64,000 bases of DNA from Macrostomum lignano (taxonomy: Eukaryota): contig NIVC01000808.1 of assembly GCA_002269645.1 (NCBI GenBank), positions 310,001-374,000 on the forward strand, written 5' to 3'. Under the pieces are notes generated by a model. The model was given only the letters and a program-made list of their open reading frames with translations. It ran no database searches and was not told where the DNA came from. A program made the translations under genes and the position numbers. Shown here one piece after another: positions 1 through 28,392 of the stretch. How positions within the stretch are numbered: position 1 is the stretch's first letter; each line of letters opens with the position of its first letter.

Positions 1-2
1 AT

Positions 3-5083
<5,081 letters not shown>

Positions 5084-5387
5084 CACCATCCAGCAACTCT
5101 CATTGTCACCTCTCTAAGACTCGATATTTATCTACTCGAAATAACGAATTTATTCACGTGTGAAATGAGTTACTTGCTTAAAGCGACAATTAAAATTAAA
5201 ATAATAGAAACTGCTTTTCTTCTTCAATGCACCGCTTTAGCCCGCTTCCGCATGCTTATTTTGTCTGGCGAAAGTAATCAAATAAATAAATATACTACTG
5301 GGAGACCTATCCCAACACGCGGCTCTTTCACTCAACTGGTTTCCGAGTCTTTTAATGTTAACAGCTGATATAACAGCTGAAAAATCA

Positions 5388-6812
5388 TATGAGAAATCGA
5401 TTAGTCAACTATGAGAATTGGCTTGTCTAATATTAGAAATTGGTTAGTAAACTGCCTGTATGAGAAATCAATTAGTCAAAGATGAGAAATCGGTTAGTCA
5501 ACTATGAGAATCGGTTAGTCAAGTATGAGAAATCAATTAGTCAAGTATGAGAAATCGGTTAGTCAAGTATGAGAAATCAATTAGTCAAAGATGAGAAATC
5601 GGTTAGTCAACTATGAGAATCGGTTAGTCAAGTATAAGAAATCAATTAGTCAAGTATGAGAAATCGGTTAGTCAAGTATGAGAAATCGGTTAGTCAAGTA
5701 TGAGAAATCAATAGTCAACTATGAGAATCGGTTAGTCAAGTATGAGAAAATCAATAGTCAACTATGAGAATCGGTTAGTCAATTATGAGAAATCGGTTAG
5801 TCAAATATGAGAAATCGGTTAGTCCAGTATGAGAAATCAATAGTCAACTATGAGAATCGGTTAGTCAAGTATGAGAATCGGTTAGTCAAAGATGAGAAAT
5901 CGGTTAGTCAATTATGAGAAATCGGTTAGTCAAATATGAGAAATCGGTTAGTCAAATAAGAGAAATCAATTAGTCAAAGATGAGAAATCGGTTAGTCAAT
6001 TATGAGAAATCGGTTAGTCAAGTATGATAAATCAATAGTCAACTATGAGAATCGGTTAGTCAAGTATGAGAAATCGGTTAGTCAAATATGAGAAATCGGT
6101 TAGTCAAATATGAGAAATCGGTTAGTCAAATAAGAGAAATCGGTTAGTCAAATAAGAGAAATCAATTAGTCAAAGATGAGAAATCGGTTAGTCAAGTATG
6201 AGAAATCAATTAGTCAAAGATGAGAAATCGGTTAGTCAATTATGAGAAATCAATTAGTCAAAGATGAGAAATCGGTTAGTCAATTATGAGAAATCGGTTA
6301 GTCAAGTATGAGAAATCAATAGTCAACTATGAGAATCGGTTAGTCAAGTATGAGAAATCGGTTAGTCAAATATGAGAAATCGGTTAGTCAAATATGAGAA
6401 ATCGGTTAGTCAAATAAGAGAAATCGGTTAGTCAAGTATGAGAAATCAATAGTCAACTATGAGAATCGGTTAGTCAAGTATGAGAAATCAATTAGTCAAA
6501 GATGAGAAATCGGTTAGTCAAGTATGAGAAATCAATTAGTCAAAGATGAGAAATCGGTTAGTCAATTATGAGAAATCGGTTAGTCAAGTATGAGAAATCA
6601 ATAGTCAACTATGAGAATCGGTTAGTCAAGTATGAGAAATCGGTTAGTCAAATATGAGAAATCGGTTAGTCAAATATGAGAAATCGGTTAGTCAAATAAG
6701 AGAAATCGGTTAGTCAAGTATGAGAAATCAATAGTCAACTATGAGAATCGGTTAGTCAAGTATGAGAAAATCAATAGTCAACTATGAGAATCGGTTTGTC
6801 AATTATGAGAAT
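5388..6812. repeat. Minisatellite, 21-22 bp unit (ATGAGAAATCGGTTAGTCAAGT)
   Basis: Directly visible tandem array. Confidence 0.95.
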
Positions 6813-6866
6813 AGTTCAACTAGCTTTTACAGTCACTACCCAGATTTATTTTGGTTTATCCCCACT

Positions 6867-7106
6867 TCAATTTAATGGCAGAGCCAGAGCCGCAGCCAAA
6901 ATTACAAGAAATGTCATGCAAACAGTCTGCATACAGTCTGGTCTTGTGTCTACAGGGGCGCCTCGGCCTTCGGATCAACTGTACCAATGCGCATTTTACT
7001 TACCAGACCTGGCAAAGTGGAATGGAGGAATGCGCATAAGCTGGGCTAATCCTTGAACTTGGCGCGCACGCTGCCACCTCTCTCCAACCCCTAGCCAAAG
7101 TTTTCT
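6867..7106 (-). CDS. Putative 3' exons of an unannotated minus-strand gene (7004-7106 and 6867-6949) with a hydrophobic C-terminus
   Basis: Acceptor TATTGCAG at 7107, donor GTAAGT at 7003, acceptor CCCCTGTAG at 6950. Spliced frame: RKLWLGVGERWQRARQVQGLAQLMRIPPFHFARSDTRPDCMQTVCMTFLVILAAALALPLN*, with AATAAA 17 nt after the stop. Upstream exons unresolved. Confidence 0.35.
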
Positions 7107-7234
7107 CTGCAATACGGCAGCAGGAGTACGCGAAGGTATTTCACTTAGACAGACCGGTAGATAGCATGGGGAATCATCTTAGCCAAGGCTAATAATTGTA
7201 CACAGCAAACCCACAGTGTTTAAGGTGGAATTGA

Positions 7235-10200
7235 TTGCCAATCTATCCAGTAGACTTTAGAGAATTAGAAAGGATTGCTAATCTATCCAATAGACTGTAG
7301 AGAATCGGAATGGATTGCTAATCTAACTAGTAGACTTTAGAGAATTAGAAAGGATTGCTAATCTATCCAATAGACTGTAGAGAATCGGAATGGATTGCTA
7401 ATCTATCTAATAGACTGTAGAGAATCGGAATGGATTGCTAATCTAACTAGTAGACTTTGGAGAATTAGAAAGGATTGCTAATCTATCCAATAGACTGTAG
7501 AGAATCGGAATGGATTGCTTATCTATCCAATAGACTGTAGAGAATCGGAATGGATTGCTAATCTATCCAATAGACTGTAGAGAATCGGAATGGATTGCTA
7601 ATCTATCCAATAGACTGTAGAGAGTTGGAATGGATTGCTAATCTATCCAATAGACTGTAGAGAATCGGAATGGATTGCTAATCTATCCAATAGATTGTAG
7701 AGAATCGGAATGGATTGCTAATCTATCCAATAGACTGTAGAGAATCGGAATGGATTGCTAATCTATCCAATAGACTGTAGAGAATCGAAATGGAGTGCTA
7801 ATCTATCCAATAGACTGTAGAGAATCGGAATGGATTGCTAATCTATCCAATAGACTGTAGAGAATCGAAATGGAGTGCTAATCTATCCAATAGACTGTAG
7901 AGAATCGGAATGGATTGCTAATCTATCCAATAGACTGTAGAGAATCGGAATGGATTGCTAATCTAACTAGTAGACTTTAGAGAATTAGAAAGGATTGCTA
8001 ATCTATCCAATAGACTGTAGAGAATCGGAAAGGATTGCTAATCTATCTAATAGACTGTAGAGAATCGGAATGGATTGCTAATCTAACTAGTAGACTTTAG
8101 AGAATCGGAAAGGATTGCTAATCTATCCAATAGACTGTAGAGAATCGGAATGGATTGCTAATCTATCCAATAGACTGTAGAGAATCGGAATGGATTGCTA
8201 ATCTATCCAATAGACTGTAGAGAATCGGAATGGATTGCTAATCTATCCAATAGACTGTAGAGAATTAGAAAGGATTGCTAATCTATCCAATAGACTGTAG
8301 AGAATCGGAATGGATTGCTAATCTATCCAATAGACTGTAGAGAATCGGAATGGATTGCTAATCTATCCAATAGACTGTAGAGAATCGGAATGGATTGCTA
8401 ATCTATCCAATAGACTGTAGAGAATCGAAATGGATTGCTAATCTATCCAATAGACTGTAGAGAATCGGAATGGATTGCTAATCTATCCAATAGACTGTAG
8501 AGAATCGGAATGGATTGCTAATCTATCCAATAGACGGTAGAGAATCGGAATGGATTGCTAATCTATCCAATAGACTGTAGAGAATCGGAATGGATTGCTA
8601 ATCTATCCAATAGACTGTAGAGAATCGGAATGGATTGCTAATCTAACTAGTAGACTTTAGAGAATCGGAAAGGATTGTTAATCTATCCAATAGACTGTAG
8701 AGAATCGGAATGGATTGCTTATCTATCCAATAGATTGTAGAGAATCGGAATGGATTGCTAATCTATCCAATAGACTGTAGAGAATCGGAATGGATTGCTA
8801 ATCTAACTAGTACACTTTAAAGAATTAGAAAGGATTGCTAATCTATCCAATAGACTGTAGAGAATCGGAATGGATTGCTAATCTATCCAATAGATTGTAG
8901 AGAATCGGAATGGATTGCTAATCTATCCAATAGACTGTAGAGAATCGGAATGGATTGCTAATCTAACTAGTACACTTTAAAGAATTAGAAAGGATTGCTA
9001 ATCTATCCAATAGACTGTAGAGAATCGGAATGGATTGCTAATCTATCCAATAGACTGTAGAGAATCGGAATGGATTGCTAATCTATCCAATAGACTGTAG
9101 AGAATCGGAATGGATTGCTAATCTATCCAATAGACTGTAGAGAGTTGGAATGGATTGCTAATCTATCCAATAGACTGTAGAGAATCGGAATGGATTGCTA
9201 ATCTATCCAATAGACTGTAGAGAATCGGAATGGATTGCTAATCTATCTAATAGACTGTAGAGAATCGGAATGGATTGCTAATCTAACTAGTAGACTTTAG
9301 AGAATCGGAAAGGATTGTTAATCTATCCAATAGACTGTAGAGAATCGGAATGGATTGCTAATCTAACCAATAGACTGTAGAGAATCGGAATGGATTGCTT
9401 ATCTATCCAATAGATTGTAGAGAATCGGAATGGATTGCTAATCTATCCAATAGACTGTAGAGAATCGGAATGGATTGCTAATCTATCCAATAGACTGTAG
9501 AGAATCGGAATGGATTGCTAATCTATCCAATAGACTGTAGAGAATCGGAATGGATTGCTAATCTAACTAGTACACTTTAAAGAATTAGAAAGGATTGCTA
9601 ATCTATCCAATAGACTGTAGAGAATCGGAATGGATTGCTAATCTATCCAATAGACTGTAGAGAATCGGAATGGATTGCTAATCTAACTAGTACACTTTAA
9701 AGAATTAGAAAGGATTGTTAATCTATCCAATAGACTGTAGAGAATCGGAATGGATTGCTAATCTAACTAGTACACTTTAGAGAATTAGAAAGGATTGCTA
9801 ATCTATCCAATAGACTGTAGAGAATCGGAATGGATTGCTAATCTATCCAATAGACTGTAGAGAATCGGAATGGATTGCTAATCTAACTAGTAGACTTTAG
9901 AGAATTAGAAAGGATTGCTAATCTATCCAATAGACTGTAGAGAATCGGAATGGATTGCTGATCTATCCAATAGACTGTAGAGAATCGGAATGGATTGCTA
10001 ATCTATCCAATAGACTGTAGAGAGTTGGAATGGATTGCTAATCTATCCAATAGACTGTAGAGAATCGGAAAGGATTGCTAATCTATCCAATAGACTGTAG
10101 AGAATCGGAATGGATTGCTAATCTATCCAATAGACTGTAGAGAATCGGAATGGATTGCTAATCTATCCAATAGACTGTAGAGAATCGGAATAGATTGCTA

Positions 10201-10965
10201 ATCTATCCAATAGACTGTAGAGAATCGGAATGGATTGCTAATCTATCCAATAGACTGTAGAGAATCGGAATAGATTGCTAATCTATCCAATAGACTGTAG
10301 AGAATCGGAATGGATTGCTAATCTATCCAATAGACTGTAGAGAATCGGAATGGATTGCTAATCTATCCAATAGACTTTAGAGAATCGGAATGGATTGCTA
10401 ATCTATCCAATAGACTGTAGAGAATCGGAATGGATTGCTAATCTATCCAATAGACTTTAGAGAATCGGAATGGATTGCTAATCTATCCAATAGACTTTAG
10501 AGAATCGGAATGGATTGCTAATCTATCCAATAGACTGTAGAGAATCGGAATGGATTGCTAATCTATCCAATAGACTGTAGAGAATCGGAATGGATTGCTA
10601 ATCTATCCAATAGACTGTAGAGAATCGGAATGGATTGCTAATCTATCCAATAGACTTTAGAGAATCGGAATGGATTGCTAATCTATCCAATAGACTGTAG
10701 AGAATCGGAATGGATTGCTAATCTATCCAATAGACTGTAGAGAATCGGAATGGATTGCTAATCTATCCAATAGACTGTAGAGAATCGGAATGGATTGCTA
10801 ATCTATCCAATAGACTGTAGAGAATCGGAATGGATTGCTAATCTATCCAATAGACTGTAGAGAGTTGGAATGGATTGCTAATCTATCCAATAGACTGTAG
10901 AGAATCTGAATGGATTGCTAATCTATCCAATAGACTGTACAGAATCGGAATCTATCCAGTGCCTG
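7235..10965. repeat. Large minisatellite, 40-bp unit (TAGACTGTAGAGAATCGGAATGGATTGCTAATCTATCCAA), ~93 copies
   Basis: Directly visible, strict 40-bp period. Confidence 0.97.
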
Positions 10966-11358
10966 TAGAAGCAACAAAACTAAAAAAGATTCTGCCCTTG
11001 CCCTGAATTCTACCGATGCCACTAATTAGCTACAGCCTAGACAGAAGCACAGGCCCTCTAATAAGAATGTGCGCCTTCCTTTCTCTTTCTGTGACACAGC
11101 CGGCCCCACTATCAGCTATGATTGTGCACACTTCTTGAGGATAATGAGGCGAAATTCCAGTGCACGGAGGCCTCTCCGCGATGACTCATTCGCTCTTCTA
11201 ATAGATGCTTGATGCTTGATTGACACTTTCAGGTAGCAAGCCACAACTTTACTTTATCAGTCAGCTGCCCGATCATGTACTTCCTCCCAGGGGTGACAGC
11301 AATGAGGCCAAGGCCAGCAGTAAGCTGACTGACTGTAGCATGTCAACCATTTTGCGAT

Positions 11359-11463
<105 letters not shown>

Positions 11464-12363
11464 ATCTCCTATTTTTGTGCTGTCACAAAGCTATTCGACA
11501 CAGAGTGATCGGAGAGAGAGAGGGGATAGATTGAGCCAATTTCGGATCCGCTGGCCAAATATGATTATCATTATTCTCCTGCTTCCCAGTTAGTTTTGTT
11601 TCCTCTCCCCTTTCCCCTCCACTCCTCGCATCGCGCTAAATCCCTGCAGCCGCCATGCCCATATTCGCCCAAGCCGCGGGTGAGGGGTGGGGCTCGGGGT
11701 GGGGGGGGGGCTGCAGCCGTGAGTCATAAGGCCGGGCCGGGGTTCCCACGGAAATTGGAACAAGAAGGGGTGAGGGAACAAGGACCGGGGCTGCTGGCCT
11801 TAATCCACGGAGCGGCGCGCGGCCCAATCCGCGGGAGCAGAGCTGCCAGGGCATGAAGAACTCGCCTCCCCGCCCCAAGCTGCACAGACGCGCACATGGG
11901 GCCGGGAGGGGCTGGGGCAGCTGCCCGACAGTCAAATCCACACTACAAAAATGTGAAGCCAAGCGAAAGAATAGCAAAGCACAGGCCTCCCCCCTCTAGT
12001 CAGCAGAGCAATTGGGCGAACGGAGGCAGCTGAGAGCCGCACTGCGCATGCGGTTGGAAAGCGAATTCGGAAATCAGCTGCTCCCAGGCGACCCTACCGA
12101 TCAGAAGACCAGTCGAGACCAGAAGCGCGATATTCGAGAGCTCGGGACAGCCTGACTGTGGCGAATCATGCCTGTGAGAGTTTTGAATTGGACAAAACTA
12201 GATTTCACCTGTGCCTAGCAACTCGATACATCCTCTCAAAAGTCTTGCCTTGAGCATACACGAACACAGAGACTACTTGTTTCTAATGCTAGTTTTTGAA
12301 CTGAATATCCCTGCCAATCACTTGCTTCTACAGTCTTTCACTTCCTCCTGGGCAGCCTGCAAC

Positions 12364-13900
12364 CAAGGAATACTCAAGTAGATGGACGGGAAAATACGTT
12401 TCTTGGGAAATTTTAAGCAGGCAGGTTTTACCGTAAAAGTACATTAAGGAAATACTAGGTTTCATTTTTAGCACAAATAGGAGACAGACCCAATGTTCAT
12501 CTTTTGATATGGCTTGTCTTTGTTATAGCTCTATGGATATTAATAAAGCTTTTCGTTTAGAAAATTAGGATTCTGCTAGCAATCTGCGCCCTCCCGTTAG
12601 GTAGTCAACAAAGATGGAATAATTTTTTTTGAATAAACTACATGTAGCTTCTGACCTCAGCCTCCACATCTCAGCAATTCCCCCAGTAAGCCTTGACAAC
12701 TCAGCGATTCCCCCAGTAAGCCTTGACATCTCAGCGATTCCCCCAGTAAGCCTTGACATCTCAGCAATTCCCCCAGTAAGCCTTGACATCTCAGCGATTC
12801 CCCCTGACATCTCAGCAATTCCCCCAGTAAGCCTTGACATCTCAGCGATTCCCCCTGACATCTCAGCAATTCCCCCAGTAAGCCTTGACATCTCAGCGAT
12901 TCCCCCTGACATCTCAGCAATTCCCCCAGTAAGCCTTGACATCTCAGCAATTCCCCCCGTAAGCCTTGACAGCTCAGCAATTCCCCCGTAAGCCTTGACA
13001 GCTCAGCAATTCCCCCTGTAAGCCTTGACATCTCAGCAATTCCCCCCGTAAGCCTTGACAGCTCAGCAATTCCCCCTGTAAGCCTTGACAGCTCAGCAAT
13101 TCCCCCCTAAGCCTTGACCTCTCAGAAATTCCCTTGTAAGCCTTGACAGCTCAGCAATTCCCCCCGTAAGCCTTGACCTCTCAGAAATTCCCTTGTAAGC
13201 CTTGACAGCTCAGCAATTCCCCCCGTAAGCCTTGACATCTCAGCAATTCCCCCCGTAAGCCTTGACAGCTCAGCGATTCCCCCTGTAAGCCTTGACATCT
13301 CAGCAATTCCCCCCGTAAGCCTTGACAGCTCAGCAATTCCCCCCGTAAGCCTTGACAGCTCAGCAATTCCCCCCTAAGCCTTGACCTCTCAGAAATTCCC
13401 TTGTAAGCCTTGACAGCTCAGCAATTCCCCCCGTAAGCCTTGACATGACAGCTCAGCAATTCCCCCCGTAAGCCTTGACCTATCAGAAATTCCCTTGTAA
13501 GCCTTGACAGCTCAGCAATTCTGAGATGTCAAGCTGGACTCATTGGTTTTATGAATAAATTTCATCATTCTTAGCTTAATGACTGTGTAACAAGATGTGT
13601 AACAGAATGATAAAATAGATTCCTATATAATATAACCAATGAGTTGAGTTGCGCCATTCTTTATGATTTTCAGACACAGGACATAAGCGTAGGATATAAA
13701 ATTAACATAGAATCCTAATTTTCTAAACAAATAGCTTTATGAATATCAAAATAACTATAACAAAGGCGAGACATTTTAAAAGATTAACATTGGGTCCGCC
13801 TTGAACTATCAAAAGCAAAAACAATTTTGGTGCTGAAAAATGAAAACCTTCCTATCTCCATAATGTATTTCTTCGGTAAAACCGGCCGCCTAAAACTTCT
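12364..13900. mobile_element. Degenerate long-TIR MITE of the same family as 19505-20099, carrying an internal minisatellite
   Basis: Left arm starts CAAGGAATACTCAAG. Arms 12400-12570 and 13700-13900 are inverted copies of each other. The spacer (GACTCATTGGTTTTATGAAT) matches the 19.5-kb copy. The extreme right end is lost. Confidence 0.7.
12667..13525. repeat. Minisatellite, 30-bp unit (CTCAGCAATTCCCCCAGTAAGCCTTGACAT) with 21-bp deletion variants
   Basis: Directly visible. Confidence 0.95.
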
Positions 13901-13949
13901 GCAAAGGCAACAGCTCTGTTATTGAATAGTGCAAATTCAATACTAGGCC

Positions 13950-14242
13950 ACAGGAAGTAGCCCAGTTGGCTCAAGGGGAAGGGCTATGGCAGCTCAGCTA
14001 GAATCCGTCCCCAACCCCTACAATCCCCGTGCAAGTCGCTGCAACGGTCAGAAACAAAACACTATAGAGGGCTGGCTGATCTAAATTTGGCGTCTGACGA
14101 TCGGAGCGGCGCCAAACTTCTTCTTTTGGACAAGAGCGGAGTGGGGAGATTTCCAGTTGCAGAGCACTGAGGGTGGGGAGGGCACGGCGGTTCACCCGTG
14201 GTGCAGAATGAGTCGGACGCTCTCGCCATTCTGAGCTCCCCC
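13950..14242 (-). mobile_element. Possible degenerate tRNA-derived SINE
   Basis: Minus strand begins GGGGAGCTCAGAATGGCGAGAGCGTCCGACTC, an A-box-like head similar to the 2793 element. B-box degenerate; extent uncertain. Confidence 0.3.
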
Positions 14243-14719
14243 TCCTCTCCGCCTGTCTCTACCTTTCCAATCTATAAGCGCCGCATTCACTCTTCTCTCC
14301 CAGCCTCCGCTCCAGGCCTCATCCCCCATTCTCCATCCCTTCTCCCTGTTATAATTGCAAGCGCATAAAATAGTAAAGGGAAGGCATTAGCAACGTGTAG
14401 GCTGTGTGGGTTCTTGAAAGGCTGAGAAACCCACACCTTGGCTACCTGCAAGTGGGAGGCTGAGGTCTGGCTCACAAAGCTCTCGGTAAGAAATACGCAA
14501 GGTTGTTCCAGACTCTCTACAGAGAGAGGCTTCATCTGTAACGCTTGGAAGCAACTGTGCTCTGTGCTTTGACATCCGGTCGTTTCTGTGTGGGTTTCTC
14601 AGAATAATCCATTATCTTTTTAAACCCGTTGAAGTATACTCGATAACCCTGGGCCTAAGTTGTTTTATGGCTGACAGCTTCTGCTTTCGTCGTTCACACT
14701 CCACATTCTCATCGTTCAC

Positions 14720-15125
14720 ACTGGACATTCTCATTTGTCACAGTACCCATTCTCATTTGTCACAGTACCCATTCTCATTTGTCACAGTACCCATTCTCAT
14801 CTGTCACAGTACCCATTCTCATCTGTCACAGTACCCATTCTCATCTGTCACAGTATCCATTCTCATTTGTCACAGTACCCATTCTCATCTGTCACAGTAT
14901 CCATTCTCATCTGTCACAGTACCCATTCTCATCTGTCACAGTATCCATTCTCAACTGTCACAGTACCCATTCTCATCAGTCACAATACCCATTCTCATCT
15001 GTCAAAGTACCCATTCTCATCTGTCACAATACCCATTCTCATCTGTCACAGTATCCATTCTCATCTGTCAAAGTACCCATTCTCATCTGTCACAATACCC
15101 ATTCTCATCTGTCACAGCATTCTCA
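14720..15125. repeat. Minisatellite, 22-bp unit (CCATTCTCATCTGTCACAGTAC), ending at a splice acceptor
   Basis: Directly visible; abuts the acceptor at 15134. Confidence 0.95.
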
Positions 15126-15308
15126 CCCTCGCAGTTCGGTATCAGCCTCTCCAGCCACGGCGGCAGCGGCGCTTTCGTTGGCAACAAGCAGCCAAAAGTT
15201 GGCAGCCGCCTTCAAGCGGCCTCCTCAGTTCAGGAGCTGCGCATTAGCCAGCGACAGCGTCAGCAACAGCAACAACAGCAGCAGCAGCTGCTGCCTCAAG
15301 CAGCCGAC

Positions 15309-17967
<2,659 letters not shown>

Positions 17968-18341
17968 GCCAGACTCACCCGTCAGTGAAACTCCAATGTC
18001 TTAAACCAGTGATTCAGATGCTTCGAATTTGGCATCATAGAGAGCCGCCAAATCGTTGATTTTCACTTGGTAACTGAGCCCGGAGCCTGCGTCTTATTAT
18101 TACTACTTTATAGTGCCGTCATCGCTATGCTTTTTCTCATACACAATAAAAAATAGGAATTTACTATTGTTAGTTGTTTCTTGACGCTGCACATTCTCGT
18201 CTGACTACTTTTTTCGCGCTTAGATAGTAGTATGGAACACTCGCTGTTGTTTTATTGCCAATCATGTTTTTTTCTGAGAAAAAGCCTATTAAGTGGTTTA
18301 ATCATGGTCTTCTGTTATCCCAAAACACTTGCACAGGGTGG

Positions 18342-18978
18342 TCCCTGTTTCCTACCAACGCCACCATACACCGGTAGGTCACTCCCTGTTTCCTACCAAC
18401 GCCACCATACAGCGGTAGGTCACTCCCTGTTTCCTACCAACGCCACCATACACCGGTAGGTCACTCCTTGTTTCCTACCAACGCCACCATACACCGGTAG
18501 GTCACTCCCTGTTTCCTACCAACGCCACCATACACCGGTAGGTCACTCCCTGTTTCCTGCCAACGCCACCATACACCGGTAGGTCACTCCTTGTTTCCTA
18601 CCAACGCCACCATACACCGGTAGGTCACTCCCTGTTTCCTACCAACGCCACCATACACTGGTAGGTCACTCCCTGTTTCCTACCAACGCCACCATACAGC
18701 GGTAGGTCACTCCCTGTTTCCTACCAACGCCACCATACACCGGTAGGTCACTCCTTGTTTCCTACCAACGCCACCATACAGCGGTAGGTCACTCCTTGTT
18801 TCCTACCAACGCCACCATACACCGGTAGGTCACTCCCTGTTTCCTACCAACGCCACCATACAGCGGTAGGTCACTCCTTGTTTCCTACCAACGCCACCAT
18901 ACACCGGTAGGTCACTCCTTGTTTCCTACCAACGCCACCATACACCGGTAGGTCACTCCCTGTTTCCTACCAACGCAG
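18342..18978. repeat. Minisatellite, 41-bp unit (CTCCCTGTTTCCTACCAACGCCACCATACACCGGTAGGTCA)
   Basis: Directly visible. Confidence 0.95.
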
Positions 18979-19504
18979 CCATGCACTATAACTTTTTCTA
19001 TGTCAGGAGAACTGTGAATAGTAAATATTTTGAACAAAGGAAACTTGAATTAACCAATTACACGAAGCTAAAAAAGGTCTTGTACAGTTAATGGCCTTAT
19101 TAAACGCTTAACAACCAATTTTATGCACCTAGAATTAAATAAGGAAGCTAATATTAAAATACTGAAATTTAACTGATCTCTTGCTCATTGACTCATGGCG
19201 CTCTTCTTGAAGTTCTTGCGAATACTTGTATATTCTTGTGATTGTGTTTCACATAATCATCTAGTTCTTAGCGGTCCTCGAGCCTAGCAATCCTTGCGTT
19301 TTAGCGGTCTTGCATCTCTAGCAATCTTTGTGTTCTTAGGGGTCCTTGTGTCCCTAGCAATCCTTGTGTGTTGTGTTTTGGTGGTCCTTGCGTTCCTGAT
19401 GCCCATCATTGTAAACTATTCAATAGATAGACGGACGGTAGACGGTACAAGTTTACATGTGAAATTTCGAATTTCAAGTTTTAGGTCACCCATCTTGCAG
19501 CATC

Positions 19505-20099
19505 CAAGGACTACTTAAGAGAAGGACGTTTCTTAGAAAATGTTTATGAGGCTGGTTTTGCCAAAAAATACACTACGGAGATAGGAAGTTTTAACTTTTT
19601 TTCAGCACAAAAATTGTTATTGCTTTCGATATAGGAAGCAGACCCAATGTTCGTCTTTTGATATGTTGTGCCTTTCTTATAGCTCTATTAATATTCATAA
19701 AGCTTTCTTTTAGAAAACTAAAATCATAAAAATGCATGGCTCAGCTCGACTCATTGGTTTTATGAATCTTTTTTATCATCTTTGTTACACACAGTGTGAG
19801 ACAGTCAGCTAAGAATGATAAAATAGAGCGACATGTACAATTGTACGTAGAATAAAAAGTTAACATAGAATCCTAATTTTCTAAACGAAAAGCTTTATGA
19901 ATATCAATAGAGCAATAAGAAAGCCACAACATATCAAAAGATTAACATTGGGTCTGCTTCCTATCGAAAGCAATAACAATTTTCGTGCTGAAAAAAAAGT
20001 GAAAACTTCCTATCTCCGTAGTGTATTTTTCTGCGAAAACCAGCCTCAAGCATTTTCTAAGAAATGTTGTTTCCAGTCCTTCTACTTGAGTAGTCCTTG
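19505..20099. mobile_element. Non-autonomous hAT-type MITE with ~230-bp terminal inverted repeats
   Basis: Ends CAAGGACTACT...AGTAGTCCTTG. 8-bp TSD GCAGCATC at 19497-19504 and 20100-20107. An 8-bp TSD is typical of the hAT superfamily. Confidence 0.85.
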
Positions 20100-20832
20100 G
20101 CAGCATCATGTGGACGGGTCGCGTTACGTGGCGATCAGCTGATGATCACCTGACAGCCCGCTACTTGGCTCATTCACGAAAGCAATTTTCATTCAGGCAT
20201 TCCTGGCATAGGAGAGGAAACGCCAGTAGCGTAGGCAAGAGCCACTAAAATTTAACTGACTGGGATTTGGGATGGCTTGTGAACCGGGCAGACAGGACAC
20301 GCTAGGGGGGATATCGAATCGATTCAGGCACGAGAGCCAGCATGCCATGCCATTAGCTTAGCTATATGGAAAGCTCGGGTTCCGTCTGGTCGACCCTCCC
20401 GTTTCCTCCTCCAACGGCAGACCGGCCCATGCATTACACAACACACACTGCCGGGGCCAAATGTACATGAAGAACGAGGGAGCGGCTGGGAGGGGTTGTT
20501 AGTCAGTTGCCGCCTCCAGCACCCCAGCCAACCCAAACAGCGAGTCCAGTGGCCTCCCCCCTCTGTTGGCCTCGTGGAGCTCTGGCCTGACCTTCCAGCA
20601 ACCCCAGTCAGTGAACGCATTCACCAGCCAACCAGAATTCCGCCAGCTCTCTCTCCTCTCTGCCCCAGCTCTCAAAATGAATCGACTCCCCCCTCCCCTA
20701 GTCTCGGCTTTCTTCTTCTTTTGCTAAATAAAAAGCCAGGAAAAATACGCAGAGATACAATATAGATATAGAGCGCAAGAAGATATCTGCGCTGTTGTAT
20801 CAAATAGTCTCATTATAACTAAACAGTGAACC

Positions 20833-28392
<7,560 letters not shown>

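Noticed and set aside
6995-7012. U1 snRNA-like ACTTACC
   Set aside because: No further U1 similarity; better explained as a minus-strand 5' splice site.
7235-10965. CRISPR-like regular repeats (also 18342-18978 and 38095-39870)
   Set aside because: Head-to-tail units with no unique spacers, no cas genes, and a eukaryotic context.
14667-15130. His/Ser/Cys-rich ORFs; likewise repeat ORFs at 12565-13366, 17085-17450, 33481-33955, 34165-35274, 36284-36769 and 63757-63942
   Set aside because: Translations of minisatellite units in several frames.
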